A DNA stretch of 64,000 bases from Hypanus sabinus (Eukaryota): the NCBI RefSeq assembly GCF_030144855.1, contig NC_082721.1:82584001-82648000 (forward strand), written 5' to 3'. Shown here one piece after another: positions 13,201 to 24,859 of this stretch. A model generated the notes under the pieces. It was not told the origin of the DNA. It saw only the letters and a list, made by a program, of their open reading frames with translations, and did not search any database. Position numbers and translations under genes: made by a program. Every line of letters begins with the position of its first letter. The stretch's first letter is position 1.

Positions 13201-14454
13201 GAGTGGGGAGAGGTTTGGGGAATAAGAGATTCTGAATCAAGTCCGGGATGGGTTCTGATAACTGCCCAAAACTTCTAGAAGGTGGTATCTGATTTCTAAA
13301 TGACATTGTACCCATGAACACTACCTCATGACTTTTTATTCTGCACTACTTATTTTAATTTAACTATTTAATAGACCTCTATACTTGGTGTAATTCAGCT
13401 TCTTTTATATTTAACAAATCGTCATTGAGCTATACCGGTGATATTAAATCTGATTCTGGTCTATAACTTGTCACCTTTCCTTTCTGTTGCTATTTCTAAG
13501 GTGGAGTATTGGAATTATACAATTTCCACCAATATTGAAATAACAATGCTCATTGTCTCTCCTTTGAGGATCTCAGGGAAGGAATGGGTTCAGTGCAGGG
13601 AGGGTTAAAAGAGTTGAGGCTCTATATCAAAATGCATGATGCACTGCCACCCCGTGGAATTGCTATGAACTACAGGCTTCCTCAGCTCTTCTCAAAAGCA
13701 GGATGTTACCAATGCTCAACAGGCATTAATACTGTAATGCACATCTTTCACTGTTCTAAATGAGAACCACTGCCAACTACAGGCATGAAGCTTATTGCTG
13801 TCAACCCCTGACAGAGATCAGCAAATTACTCAGTAGATGACAAACTAATTCCATTAGGGATAACGGAGCCACTGTTATACTCTATTGCTATTGATAGTGA
13901 TGCTTATCCCAGGTTGGGACCCTAGAACTTGCAGGTATTGGTTTAAGCTGGGAGGAGGGAGGTGCAATAGGACCCTGAGGAGCAGCTTTGTCACCGAGAG
14001 GCTATATGGAATGAGCTACCAGATGAAAAAAGTCTCAAAGGTTCATTTGTTATCACAGTATGTATGAAGTATATAACTGTGAGATTCATCTTCTTCAGAC
14101 AGCCAGGAAATAAAGAAAAATATGGAAGCCACTCATGCCCCTCCCCCACACAACATAACTTGCAAATCACCCCAAATTTCAATGGTAACTGCAACAAGAG
14201 CATAAAATCCTCCCTCCCCCACGCAGAAAAACAAAATCACTGAACTGCAAGAACATCAACCCCCTCGCAAAGAAAAACTTATAAATCAGGCCAAATTTAA
14301 ATTGCACTGTGGCAACAAGAGCATCAAACTTCAAAATTAAACCACTTATACGGCAGAAAGAAAGAATGTGCAAAAACACATTATAAAAGACATAAAGCTG
14401 AAAAAGAGTCACTACATCACAGTGCTTCGGTAACTATGTTAATAACATTTAATA

Positions 14455-14950
14455 AACCATAAGATAAAGGAGCAGAATTAGGCCATTTGGCCCAATGATT
14501 TTGCTCTCTCATTTCATCAATGCTGATCCATTTTCCCTCTCAGTCCCAATCGCCTGCCTTCTCCCTGCATCCTTTCATGCCGCGACCAATCAAGAATCTG
14601 TCAACCTCCGCCTTAAATATACCCAATGACTTGGCCTCCATAGTTTCCTGTTGCAACAAATTCCACAGATTCACCACTCTCTGGCTGAAGAACTTCTTCC
14701 TCATCTGCAATCTAAAAGGAAACCCCTCTATTCCGTGGCTGTGTCCTTTGGCACCGGACTCTGCCACTCTCCTCTCCAAAATCCACTCTATTGAGGCTTT
14801 TCAACACTCGATAGGTGTCAATGAGATTCCCCTCATTCTTTTGAAGACCACTGAGTTCAGGCCCAGAGCCGTCAAACGCTCCTCCTATGACAAGCCTCTC
14901 AATGCAGAAATCATTTTCATGAAGCTCCTTTGAGCCTTCTCCAGTTTCAA
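14455..14950 (-). mobile_element. CR1 3' fragment
   Basis: ORF 14540-14779 (RKKFFSQRVVNLWNLL..FKAEVDRFL) plus 3' UTR. Confidence 0.8.
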
Positions 14951-14959
14951 TTTAGGAGG

Positions 14960-16125
14960 CAAGTCATTTGATAAGGTACCCCATCCAAGGCTTATTGAGA
15001 AAGTAAGGAGGAATGGGATCCAAGGGGACATTGCTTTGTGGATCCAGAACTGGCTTGCCCACAGAAGACAAAGAATGGTTGTAGATGGGTCATATTCTGT
15101 ATGGAGGCCAGTGACCAGTAGTGTGCCTCAGGGATCTGTTCTGGGACCCCTACTCTTTGTGATTTTTATAAATAATCTGGGTGAGGAAGTGGAGGGATGG
15201 GTTAGTAAATTTGCTGATGGCACCAAGGTTGGAGGTGTTGTGGATAGTGTGGTGGGCTGTCAGAGGTTATGGCGGGACATAGATAGGACGCAGAACTGGG
15301 CTGAGAAGTGGGAGTTCAACCCAGATAAGTGTGAGGTGTTTCATTTTGGTAGGTCAAATATAATGGCAGAATATAACATTAATGGCAAGACTCTTGGCAG
15401 TGTGGAGGAACAGAGGGACCTTGTGGTCGGAGTTCGTAGGACACTCAAAGCTGCTACGCAGGTTGACTCTGTGGTTAAGAAGGCATACGGTTCATTGGTC
15501 TTCATCAATCGTGGGATTGAGTTTAAGAGCCAAGAGGTAATGTTACAGCTATATAGGACCCTTGTCAGACCCCACTTGGAGTACTGTGCTCAATTCTGGA
15601 CACCTCACTACAAGAAAGACATAGAAACCATAGAAAGGGTGCAGAGGAGATTTACAAGGATGCTGCCTGGATTGGGGAGCATGCCTTATGAGAATAGATT
15701 GAGTGAACTCGGCCTTTTCTCCTTGGAACAATAGAGGATGAGAGGTGATCTGATAGAGGTGTACAAGATAATGAGCGGAATTGATTGTGTGGATAGTCAG
15801 AGGCTTTTTCCCAGGACTGAAATGGCTATCATGAGAGGGCAATAGTATGAAGCTGCTTGGAAGTAGGTACAAAGGAGATGTCAGGGGTAAGTATTTCACT
15901 CGGAGAGTGATGAGTGCGTGGAATGGGCTACTGGCAGCGGCAGTGGAAGTGGAAATGATAGGGTCTTTTAAAAGACTCCTGTATGGATACATAGAGCTTA
16001 GAAAAATAGAAGGCTATGGGTAAGCCTAGGTAGTTCTGAGGTAAGGACGTGTTTGGCACAGCTTTGTCAGCTGAAGGGCCTGTATTGTGCTGTAGGGTTT
16101 CTGTATTTCTGTTCTATGTTTCAGC
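14960..16125 (+). mobile_element. 5'-truncated CR1 LINE (RT C-terminal half and 3' UTR)
   Basis: ORF 15036-15734 with VPQGSVLGP and KFADGTK; tail ...TAGGGTTTCTGTATTTCTGTTCTATG. Confidence 0.9.
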
Positions 16126-16314
16126 ATATCCTTTCTTAGATAAGGGGCCTAAAACTGCTCACAATACTCCAAGTGAGGCCTCACCAGTGCTTCATAAATC
16201 CTTAACATTACCTCCTTGCTTTTATATTTTAGTCCTCTCAAAATGGTCTGAAAATCACTTGGACAGGTCCATAGATAGGAAAGTTTATTCGCATTTTGAT
16301 CAAACATTCGCATG

Positions 16315-16689
16315 TAAGTGACTTTGACTGTGGAATGATTGTTGGTGCCAGACAGGGTGGTTTGAGTAACTCAAGCTGCTGACCTACTGAGATTTTCACG
16401 CACAACAAGAGTTGCCGAGAATTGTGTGAAAAACAAAAAAAACATCCAGTGGGTGGTGATTCTGTGGACAAAAGCAGCTTGTTAACAAGAAAAGTCAGAG
16501 GAGACTGGCCAGAGTGGTTCAAGCTGACAGGAAAGTGACAGTAACTCAACTAACCACTTGTTAAACAGTGGCGTGCAGAAGAGCATCTCTGAATGCACAA
16601 CACGTCGAACCATGAAGTGGATGGGCTACAGCAGCAGAAGACCACACTGGGCTCTTCAGGTATATCTAATAAAGTGGCCACTGAGTGTG
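16315..16689 (+). mobile_element. Tc1-like non-autonomous relic
   Basis: Transposase-like fragments (SISECTTRRTMKWMGYSSRRP) and terminus AATAAAGTGGCCACTGAGTG. Confidence 0.65.
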
Positions 16690-16843
16690 TTTGACTTGCT
16701 GTGCTTGGTGGTAGCACAGGGTATTAAAGTAAAAGTCTCTCTTACTCTGAGAAGTGGAACTTGGTCAGCACCAAAATCACCAAGGAACAATTCTGTGCTC
16801 TTAACTTTCAGCTTTTAATTTCTATTTCTAATCAACTTTACAG

Positions 16844-17089
16844 ATCCTCCAAAGGAAGCACAGATCTCTGAAAAGCAGAACTGGATTGAAGGGCAATCAC
16901 AGAATTTAACCTGTCACGCAGATGCCAACCCAGTTCCCGAGGTGCGCTGGATCAAAGATGGAAAAACGATCAGTCGTGGTGAGAGTCTGCACATCCCCTC
17001 GGTCCGGCTGGGAGATGGTGGTCGGTACATTTGCGGAGTCAGCAATAATATTGGTTCCACCAGCTCCTCTCACGATGTAGAGATCTTGT
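16844..17089 (+). CDS. ICAM/VCAM-family gene A, Ig exon (D5-like)
   Basis: Acceptor CTTTACAG|AT, donor T|GTAAGT, 246 nt, phase 1-1. Peptide YPPKEAQISEKQNWIEGQSQNLTCHADANPVPEVRWIKDG...DGGRYICGVSN. Only partly shown in the ORF track. Confidence 0.92.
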
Positions 17090-19251
17090 GTAAGTACAGG
17101 AGGTTTCTTTGTGGAATAGACCATAAGACATAGGAGCAGAATAAGTTGCTTTATTCCCTGCCTGTACAGTATCATCACACAGTCAGATCAAAAAACAAAC
17201 AAAATATGCCCAGGGCACAAGGGATTGGCAGCTCTGCAAAATGGAACTTCAGTTTAATGTCTGAGTTAAAGGACAGCACTGGGCCAGTGTAGGACCTCCT
17301 CAGAACACCACTGTAAAGTCAGCCTAAATGAGGGGTGCCAAACCCCTTTGGGGGTCGTGTGTCCAAATTGGTGATGATCTTCTGAAAAATGTCTGTTGCG
17401 TGTCATGGTAATTTTGTGCCGAGATTATCAGGGATCAGCTTCGTTCACCATATACAAAGCATGGATTAGGAATTTGCAGTGGTGTGTTGGTGAGGGTGTG
17501 ACCGTGACAAATTACAATAACATTCAACATTTATAGAGAATTATGTAAAAATAAAGTTGAAAGCATGAATGTGGAATAAAACATGCATAAATATTGAAAT
17601 ACAAGCATGGATTTACAATGTGAACAACATGATCAAAAATGGTATAAAGTGTTTACAGTGCAGTGATATGATGGGGTTAATAGATACCATTGATTATTAA
17701 ATCAGTTAGAATAGATATGAACTCTTTGAAAGAAAAACCTTTATTTATAGTAAATACCCTTATTTATTACTGGAATTTATTCCTTAGAGTGTAGAAGATT
17801 GAGAAGAGATTGTACAGAGGTATATACAATATTATGAGGGGTATCGATAGTGTAAATGCCAGCAGGCTTTTCCAACTGAGATTGGGTGGGACTACAACCG
17901 GAGGTTATGAGGTGGGGTGAAACATGAGTCGTTCAAGGAGAACATGAGGGGAGCCTTCTTCACTCAGAGGTGACAGTGTGGAATGAGCTGCCAGCACAAG
18001 TGGCGGTTTCAACGTTTATGCAGAGTTTGGGTAGGTTCATGGATGGTGGAGATATGGAGGACTACAGTCAACTGTTTCTGTGCTGTACTTTTCGATGACT
18101 CCATAACAATGTGTAATTGTTACTTACACATAAATAACAATTTGTACATTCATTATGTTACCATTAATAAAAGTATAACAGACAAGATTGAAATAAATGA
18201 AAAAAATGAAAAGAATCAAGGGGTATTGCTGCATGCCAACAGAGTTTCTGCATTTACCATCCTGGGCACACATGCCATAGGTTCACCAACACCCCTGGCC
18301 TCGATTTTGTGCTCCACTCTCTGGCGTACAACTTAAATCCAGAACAGTTTGAAACGAGACTGGCGGTGCTCCCGTGAGCCACAGTGGTCACGGTGAGTTA
18401 GTGCTGAGATTCTTCACCTTGTGTTTCCTGGAGAAAACTGTGGGCTGGTGCCAAATCCCACCCACCAGAGAAACAGACAGTGGGATTGCTCCCTGCACTA
18501 GGCTCTCTTAAAATGCTTCTGGTTGAGAGGAGCTCATGTGGCTCGAGAGAGAATCTGTTGTTTCTCAGCCTGACAACGACGAGAGTTCTGGGCTCATCAC
18601 ATGGAGAGATGGTTTGTTTACTGAGGGAGGACTCTGGAATGAAGGCTCTTGGGACTTTGACCACAGCTGCTCAGGAGTCAGCTCAGCACACGGTCCAATG
18701 TGATTTTCCAGCCCTTTGAATACACAGTGTAGTGATGTCTAGTCGCCTCATTATAGGAAAGATGAGGAAGCTTTGGAGATGGTGCAGGGGAGATTTAGCA
18801 GGATGCTGCCTGGATTAGAGAGCATGCCTTCTATGCAAAGGCTGACTGAGCTCTTTGGAGCCATAGAGGATGATTGTATAAGATTGTAAGAGGCGTAGGA
18901 AGAGTGGGCAGCAGCGCCTTATTCCCAGGCAGGTAATGGCTGTAGCAGAGGAGATCCTTTTATGGTGAGCCAGGGAGTCAGAGGCAGGTTTTTACAGAGA
19001 AGGAGGAAGAGTCTGGACTGCACTGTCAGGGGTGGGTGTTGAGTCAGATACATAAGGGACTTTTAAGACACTTAGATAGGCATGTGAATGAAAGGAGAAT
19101 GGAGGACAATGGGCTGTGTAGGAGGGAGGGGTTGGGTTATTGATGGAATAGGTTTATAAAGGTCGGTACAACATCATGGGACAAAGGGCCCACCCTGTTC
19201 TGTGTCCTATGGGAGGGGCTGGTTAATTTCACTCTTTTCACTCTTTTCCAG

Positions 19252-19542
19252 ATAAACCACAAAACACAACTATATCAGTAAATAACAAAATTGTGTCCGG
19301 GCTTACAGTCTTCATCAGAGAAGATGATGAAGTTACAATGACCTGTCACTCCATTGGAAACCCCCAAGTAACACTGGAATGGGAAAAGCCCGGTCAGGGT
19401 GTCAAAGGGTTCTCCACATTTACCGGCGGTCCTGCGGTTCTCCACATTTCCCAGGCAACATCAGAACACAAAGGAATTTACACGTGTAGAGCCCGCAATG
19501 CACATGGAACAGATGAGAAGCAAGTGGAAATCAAGATGGAAG
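19252..19542 (+). CDS. ICAM/VCAM-family gene A, membrane-proximal Ig exon (D6-like)
   Basis: Acceptor CTTTTCCAG|AT, donor G|GTCAGT, 291 nt, phase 1-1. Peptide YKPQNTTISVN...MTCHSIGNPQVTLEW...HKGIYTCRARN. Confidence 0.92.
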
Positions 19543-19699
19543 GTCAGTGAGTTACCTTGGTCACAGTGCATGGATGAGAAAGTAAATAATTAACCCTTTC
19601 AGAGCCGAGATATCATCCCCGTGTGATCATGAGTAAACGCTGAGAGTTATGACATGCCCAGGATTAACAAAGGTGTACAGTTTCTCTCTACATCAGACC

Positions 19700-19880
19700 G
19701 TGTGTGGCTCGTTGGATTGTACTCCTCCCTCGAGTCGGGAGATTGGCGGTTCAATCCCTCTCGAGTAACTTGGGCATTAAAACCAGGCAGGTGTCCTGTG
19801 CAGTACTGAGAAAGCAGTCTCAGACATACCAGCTGTCAGGTGGAGTGTTAAACTGAGCTTCTGTCTGTTTCCTGAGATTG
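19700..19880 (+). mobile_element. tRNA-headed SINE with DeuSINE-like body
   Basis: A-box-like TGGCTCGTTGG (19705-19715) and B-box GGTTCAATCC (19748-19757), then GTGCAGTACTGAG...GTTAAACTGAG, recalled as the Deu domain. Confidence 0.45.
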
Positions 19881-19944
19881 ACGTCCTGTTATTCATTATT
19901 TTCCCCTATTCCTCTGCACACTAACAGCAAAGGAGCAAATGGGC

Positions 19945-20180
19945 AAAAACGAGAAATTCTGTAGATGCTGGAAATCCAAAGCAACACTAACAAAGTGCTG
20001 GAGGAACTCAGCAGGCCAGGCAGCATCCGTGGAAAAGAGTAAACAGTGGCTGTTTCGGGCCGGGACCCAACATGATGTCCCTTCGTGAGTCCTGCTGAAG
20101 GGTCTCTGTCCAAAACCTTGACTGTTTACTCTTTTCCATAGATGCTGCCTGGCCTGTTGAGTTCCTCCCGCATTTTGTTG
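19945..20180. mobile_element. Penelope-derived inverted pair
   Basis: 19960-20070 and 20085-20180 are reverse complements (GAGGAACTCAGCAGGCCAGGCAGCATC / GATGCTGCCTGGCCTGTTGAGTTCCTC). Confidence 0.75.
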
Positions 20181-20439
20181 AAATAGGCAAACTACTTTTA
20201 AGAGTAATGAAGAAAGAAAATGTTGGGATACTCAGCAGGTCCAGCAGCATCTTGGAAGAGAGAAACAGAGCTTCAAGTCGGATCTAATGAGTGGTCATTG
20301 GTCTGGAAGGTTAACCCTGTTTACTGCCAAGTACTCCTATTCCTGTGTTTTTATTTCAGATTTCCAGCATCTGTACTGTTTTGCTTTGAGATCTCTGCCT
20401 CAAATAGTGCTGCTGTGTAAATGGCCCTTGACTGTTCAT

Positions 20440-21330
20440 ACCAGTCTACGTTTCGGGCTGACACCCTTCTTCAGGACTGAGAATGAAAGGGGAAGACACC
20501 AGACTAAAACTGTGGGTGGAGGGGAGGGATACCTAGAAGGTGATAGGTGAAGCTAGGTGGATGGGAAAGATGAAGGATTGGAGAGGAAGGAATCCGATAG
20601 AAGATGATGGACCACAGGAGAAAGGGAATGAGGAGGGGAACCAGGGGGAGCTGATAGGCAAGTCAGAAGAGGTAACAGCTCTCAGGAGGGAATAGCAAAA
20701 GAGGAAAGTGGGAGGGAATTTTTTTTGAACCAAAAGGAGAAATCGAGATTTATGCCATCAGGTTGGAGGCTACCCAGGGGGAATACAAGGTGATGTTCCT
20801 TCACCCTGAGGGTGGCCTCATCTTGGTACAAAGTAGACCATGGATGGACATGAATAGGAATCAGAATTAAAATGTTTTGGTAGATGGAGCGGAGCTGCTC
20901 GACAAAGCTGTCCCCTGATGAATGGTGGATCTCATCAATGTAGAAGAGGCCACATTGGGAGCACCGGACACAATAGTCAACCCAGTAGATTCACAGGGGA
21001 CGTGTTGCCTCACGTGGAAGGACTGTCTGGGGCCCTAAACGGACGTGAGGGAGGATGTGAAAGGGCAGCTCTAGCACTTTGGCCACTTTCAGAGCTATGT
21101 GCCAGGAGAATGAGGAGGGAAAAATGGGGGAATTACTGAGGGAGTGATCTCTGCAGAGAGAGTGAGGAGGTAAAGATATGTTTAGTGGTAGAATGAAATG
21201 GTGGACATTGAGGAGAATGATGTGTTGGATGCAGAGGCTCACGGGGTTGTAGGTAAGGACAAGAGGACCCTGATCACTGTTAAGGTGGTGGGACGATGGA
21301 GTGAGCATGGATGTTCGGGAAATTCAGGAG
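20440..21330 (-). mobile_element. Penelope-like element 3' fragment (GIY-YIG region plus terminal repeat); paralog at ~62660-63500 (+)
   Basis: Reverse strand is homologous to the GIY-YIG region at 28979 (CGTGAGGCAACAC..CTTCTACATTGATGAGA) and ends in a hammerhead motif. Confidence 0.8.
20442..20479 (-). ncRNA. Minimal type I hammerhead ribozyme motif, intact
   Basis: CAGTC-CTGAAGA-AGGG-TGTCAG-CCC-GAAA-C-GTA-GACTG: perfect 5-bp helix I, conserved core, GUA cleavage triplet. Confidence 0.65.
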
Positions 21331-22669
21331 ATGCATGTGAGGGTGGCAACATCTTTCGTACGAAAGGACAAGCAGAAGGGAACACTATTCCAAATGTGGC
21401 CCCACTGACATCCTGTACAGCTGCTGCCCTCGATGCTCTGACTGAAGAAGCCTTTGTCCCCATACCGTCTGCCTGTGACACCACTTTAATGGAACTGAGA
21501 TCTCTGGATCTCTCTGTTCCACAGCACACCCCGGGGCTCTGCCATTCACTGTGAAAAGTCCCACGCTGATTTCACTTCCCAAAATGCAACTCCTTGCATT
21601 GATTGATCGATTGAGTTCCAGCACGGGACAGTCCTTTCCGGCCCTTCGAGCTACGGCGCCTAGCAACCCCCGATTTAACCCGAGCCCAATCACGGGACAG
21701 TTTGCAATGACCAATTAACCTACCAGCTGGTACGTCTTTGGACTGTGGGAGGAACTCCATGCAATCTCCATAGAGACAGTTGAACCTGGATCACTGGTCC
21801 TGTAAAGCTGTGCTAACCACTATGTTACCTTGCCACCATATCAGAGTTAAACTCCATTTGCTATTCCTCTGTTTACTTACATAGCTGATCAAGATCTCTC
21901 TGCAATTCCTGATAACCATCTTCACTGTCTCTGATGCTAGCTGTGCTTCTTGTCATCTGCAAACTTTCTAAACATGTCCCTGTTTGTTCTTGACCAAATA
22001 GCGATGGTCCTCACTCTGAACCCTGGGCACACAGCTCATCACGGGCTTCCAACCTGAGGGAGAACTCTCTGAGGTGCTGCCTTTCAGCCGAGGAATTAAA
22101 CAGCCTGCTTTTTTTTTTGCTGGGGGGGGGGAGTGGGATCATTGCTTGCTGCCACTGACGTGCAGGAGGTGGAGCTGGGAGGTAGAACTTTGATTAACTA
22201 GATTAACTGTCATTCATTCTTTGGGGCACTTCTCTGTTTTCGTGGATGTTTGTGAAGAAAATGCACTTCAGATAGTATATTGCATGCATTTCTCTGACAT
22301 CAAATTGGGCCTTTGGACCTTTGAAACTTTGCAAACAAAATGACTTACTCCAAGATGAGCAGTTTCTTTCCAGTGGAATCCTAGTCACTATTTGTCCCTC
22401 AATCAGCGTTATTAAAGCAGATTATAGCATTGCCTTGTGTTTATTTCTAGGACTTGCTGGGTGATATTTGGCAAGAATGATTGTGATGTCAAAATGTTTG
22501 TTGTGTAGTATGTGTTTTTTAGAAAATGAGAAAGCATGGGAGATAAACCTGTAATGTCCATGAAATGTACAAAATTGTCGGATTTTCAGAAGGATCAGTG
22601 GTTTTACAATTGATGTATTTGCCTGAGACGGTTAATGATTGTGTCATGGTTTTTGTGCATGTTCCCCAG

Positions 22670-22947
22670 GTGATGATTGGAAGATGCTGCTGCAGATCTT
22701 GATACCCATCCTAATAGTGTTTCTCGTGCTGGTAGTCGCCTGGTTCCTAATACACAGAGCTCGGAAAACAGGGCATTACAAGGTCATGAATGCAGAACCC
22801 CACAAAAATCAAGAAATCCCTTCTGGGAACGATCAGGAATCTTTTCCTTTAAAAGAAGTGAAATCAGACAAAGTTCTAAACAATAACCACTCACAGACTA
22901 ATATAAATGGTGTTACATCGATCAATTCTGCACAGATAAAACAATAA
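22670..22947 (+). CDS. ICAM/VCAM-family gene A, terminal exon (transmembrane helix + 64-aa cytoplasmic tail, stop)
   Basis: Acceptor GTTCCCCAG|GT in phase 1. Peptide GDDWKMLLQILIPILIVFLVLVVAWFLI-HRARKTGHYKV...QIKQ*. The six exons splice into one open frame of 1703 nt. Confidence 0.93.
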
Positions 22948-23616
22948 TTTAATGAATATTGTGAGGGACCCTGCTAATTTCAATTTTACAGTCTACCGGC
23001 AACATATACTGTGCTAAATGCAAGGACACTTCACTCCCAAGAGTGTTGAATTCCGGGCTGTTTTTGAATCAATTCATCAAAAAGTTGATTTGGATTTCTA
23101 CAAAGATGGAGTCACCACCTGAACATGGCCATCGGGGCTATTTCAGCAGTAAGGGCATTTGAGCCCGGCAACTTTCCGTCCCCCTCATGGAAATTACCGT
23201 TGGATCACAGACTTGTTCACGTGTTGCAAACATCTACTTCCATGGTAACTATTCGCATAAATGACACAAATATTCTCTTTATATTCTGTTAAAAGTGGAT
23301 AAAATGTGAGACAATACCTTTCACAACATTCTCATCCTCTTGTTTAAATAGTCGATATCCGATCGCTTTCTATCCCTGTAATCTCCTCCAGTGACACAAC
23401 TCCCCGAGGACTTTCTGGCTGTCCATTGCTGATTCATCCCTGCACTAGGGGGAGCTGTGCTTGCAGCTGCCTTCAGTGTTAAACTCTGCAGTTCCCTGCC
23501 CCGACCACACGGTGTCTCTCTCTTGTTTTGTTTAGCATCCCCTGGTGTCCATTGATGTACGGTTCTGGGAGTGTTATAAATGGAAGCCAGTGGCACTCTG
23601 GCCGAGTGCACTCCTA

Positions 23617-23622
23617 AATAAA
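23617..23622 (+). promoter_or_regulatory. Candidate polyadenylation signal of gene A
   Basis: AATAAA ~670 nt after the stop, followed by T/GT-rich TTTGTGTTCT; retained in the paralog (60504-60509, - strand). Confidence 0.45.
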
Positions 23623-24039
23623 TTTGTGTTCTAATCCTACCCGGACCCAATTCCATTGAATATATTCAGTGATGGCGCATCCACAACCTGTGCATGAAGA
23701 ATTCCATCAATTTACAGCTGGAGAGAAGAAATTCCTCCCTAATTCAGTCCCAAATGACCACCCACTCACCCTGAAACTTTGCCTCTCGTTGCACAGTCTT
23801 CCATTTTTAGAAAGAGCAGACTTCCTGATTCCTTTCACATTGAGATCGGTTCTTCTAACCTCTAGTGGTTAGTGGTACACCACCTGTTTGTGGAGAGTTG
23901 TATTTACAATCTTCACAAATTAACTTTTTTTCTCTAAATCATTCAGAAAATTAAGGAAAACACTGGTGAACTTCTCCGTAAAAGCTGGCTGTACACAATT
24001 CTCAGGGCTAACATTTCTCATTTCACACAGTCGACAAGG

Positions 24040-24410
24040 AAGGATATGTCGTAAGCAACACTGAAAAAATTAGGAGGAACACAGCAAGTCTGGCAGCACC
24101 TCTGGAAATGAATAAACACTCGACGTTTCAGGCCGAGACCCTTCATCAGGACTGGAAAGGAAGGGGGGAGACAACAGAATTAAATGGTAGGGTGACGGGA
24201 AGCAGGATAGGCTGAAAATGAGATGTGAAGGCAGGTGGGAAAGGTAAAGGGCTGGTGAAGAAGGAATCTGATAGGACAATGGATCAGAGTAGAAAGGGAA
24301 AGAGGAGGAGCGCTGGGGGGAGGTGACAGGCAGGTGAGAGGAGCTAAGGGGTCAGAGTGGGGAACAGAAGAAGAAGGGAGGGTGGAGGGAAAATTCCTTT
24401 TACCTGAAGG
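24040..24410 (-). mobile_element. Penelope terminal-repeat fragment; paralog ~59760-60070 (+)
   Basis: Same repeat family as 1621-2290 and 29290-29700; contains a hammerhead motif. Confidence 0.7.
24117..24154 (-). ncRNA. Minimal hammerhead ribozyme motif
   Basis: CAGTC-CTGATGA-AGGG-TCTCGG-CCT-GAAA-C-GTC-GAGTG; one helix I mismatch; identical in the paralog at 59969-60006. Confidence 0.6.
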
Positions 24411-24859
24411 ACAAATTAATATCCATTATAAAGAAATATCATAATAAAGAGAGAATCAATTTTATTTGTCATATACAATTAGGAATTTGCTGTGGTGTGT
24501 CAGTGTGACAGGCAACTAAAGACTAATATAAAAATAAAGTTCAAAGTAGAGAGCTGGTGTCAAATGTGCATAAATATTGGCATATATTTGTCCAGTCTTC
24601 TTAAACACTTGACTACCGTTCATGCTCTGCATCTAGAACAAGGTCAGGTCTGGGAGGGAGTGTACTTCAAATAGTCTTGCAGCCAGAATAGTTCTGAGAG
24701 TCCATTGAAATTGTGGTTACTGCCAGAGGCCTCGTGCTCTGGAACTGGAATTGGAATGAGGGCAGTATCGTATGTAGAGAGACAGTGAAAAGCTTGTCTT
24801 GCTGACTGTGCGTACAGATCAATTCACCACAGGGTGCACTGAGGTAGTACAAGGGAAAA

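Noticed and set aside
6379-16843. Additional Ig exons hidden in the 10.5-kb intron
   Set aside because: No ORF with Ig Cys/Trp spacing and phase-1 splice sites was found; the interval is mostly CR1 and other repeat debris.
19547-19552. Consensus GTGAGT as the donor of the D6-like exon
   Set aside because: It would shift the frame relative to the TM exon; GTCAGT at 19543 keeps phase 1.
20918-21760. ORFs conserved between the two arms (for example 21198/62367, 21385/62207) as novel genes
   Set aside because: Conservation reflects the recent duplication, and the sequence is Penelope/CR1/SINE debris read in shadow frames.
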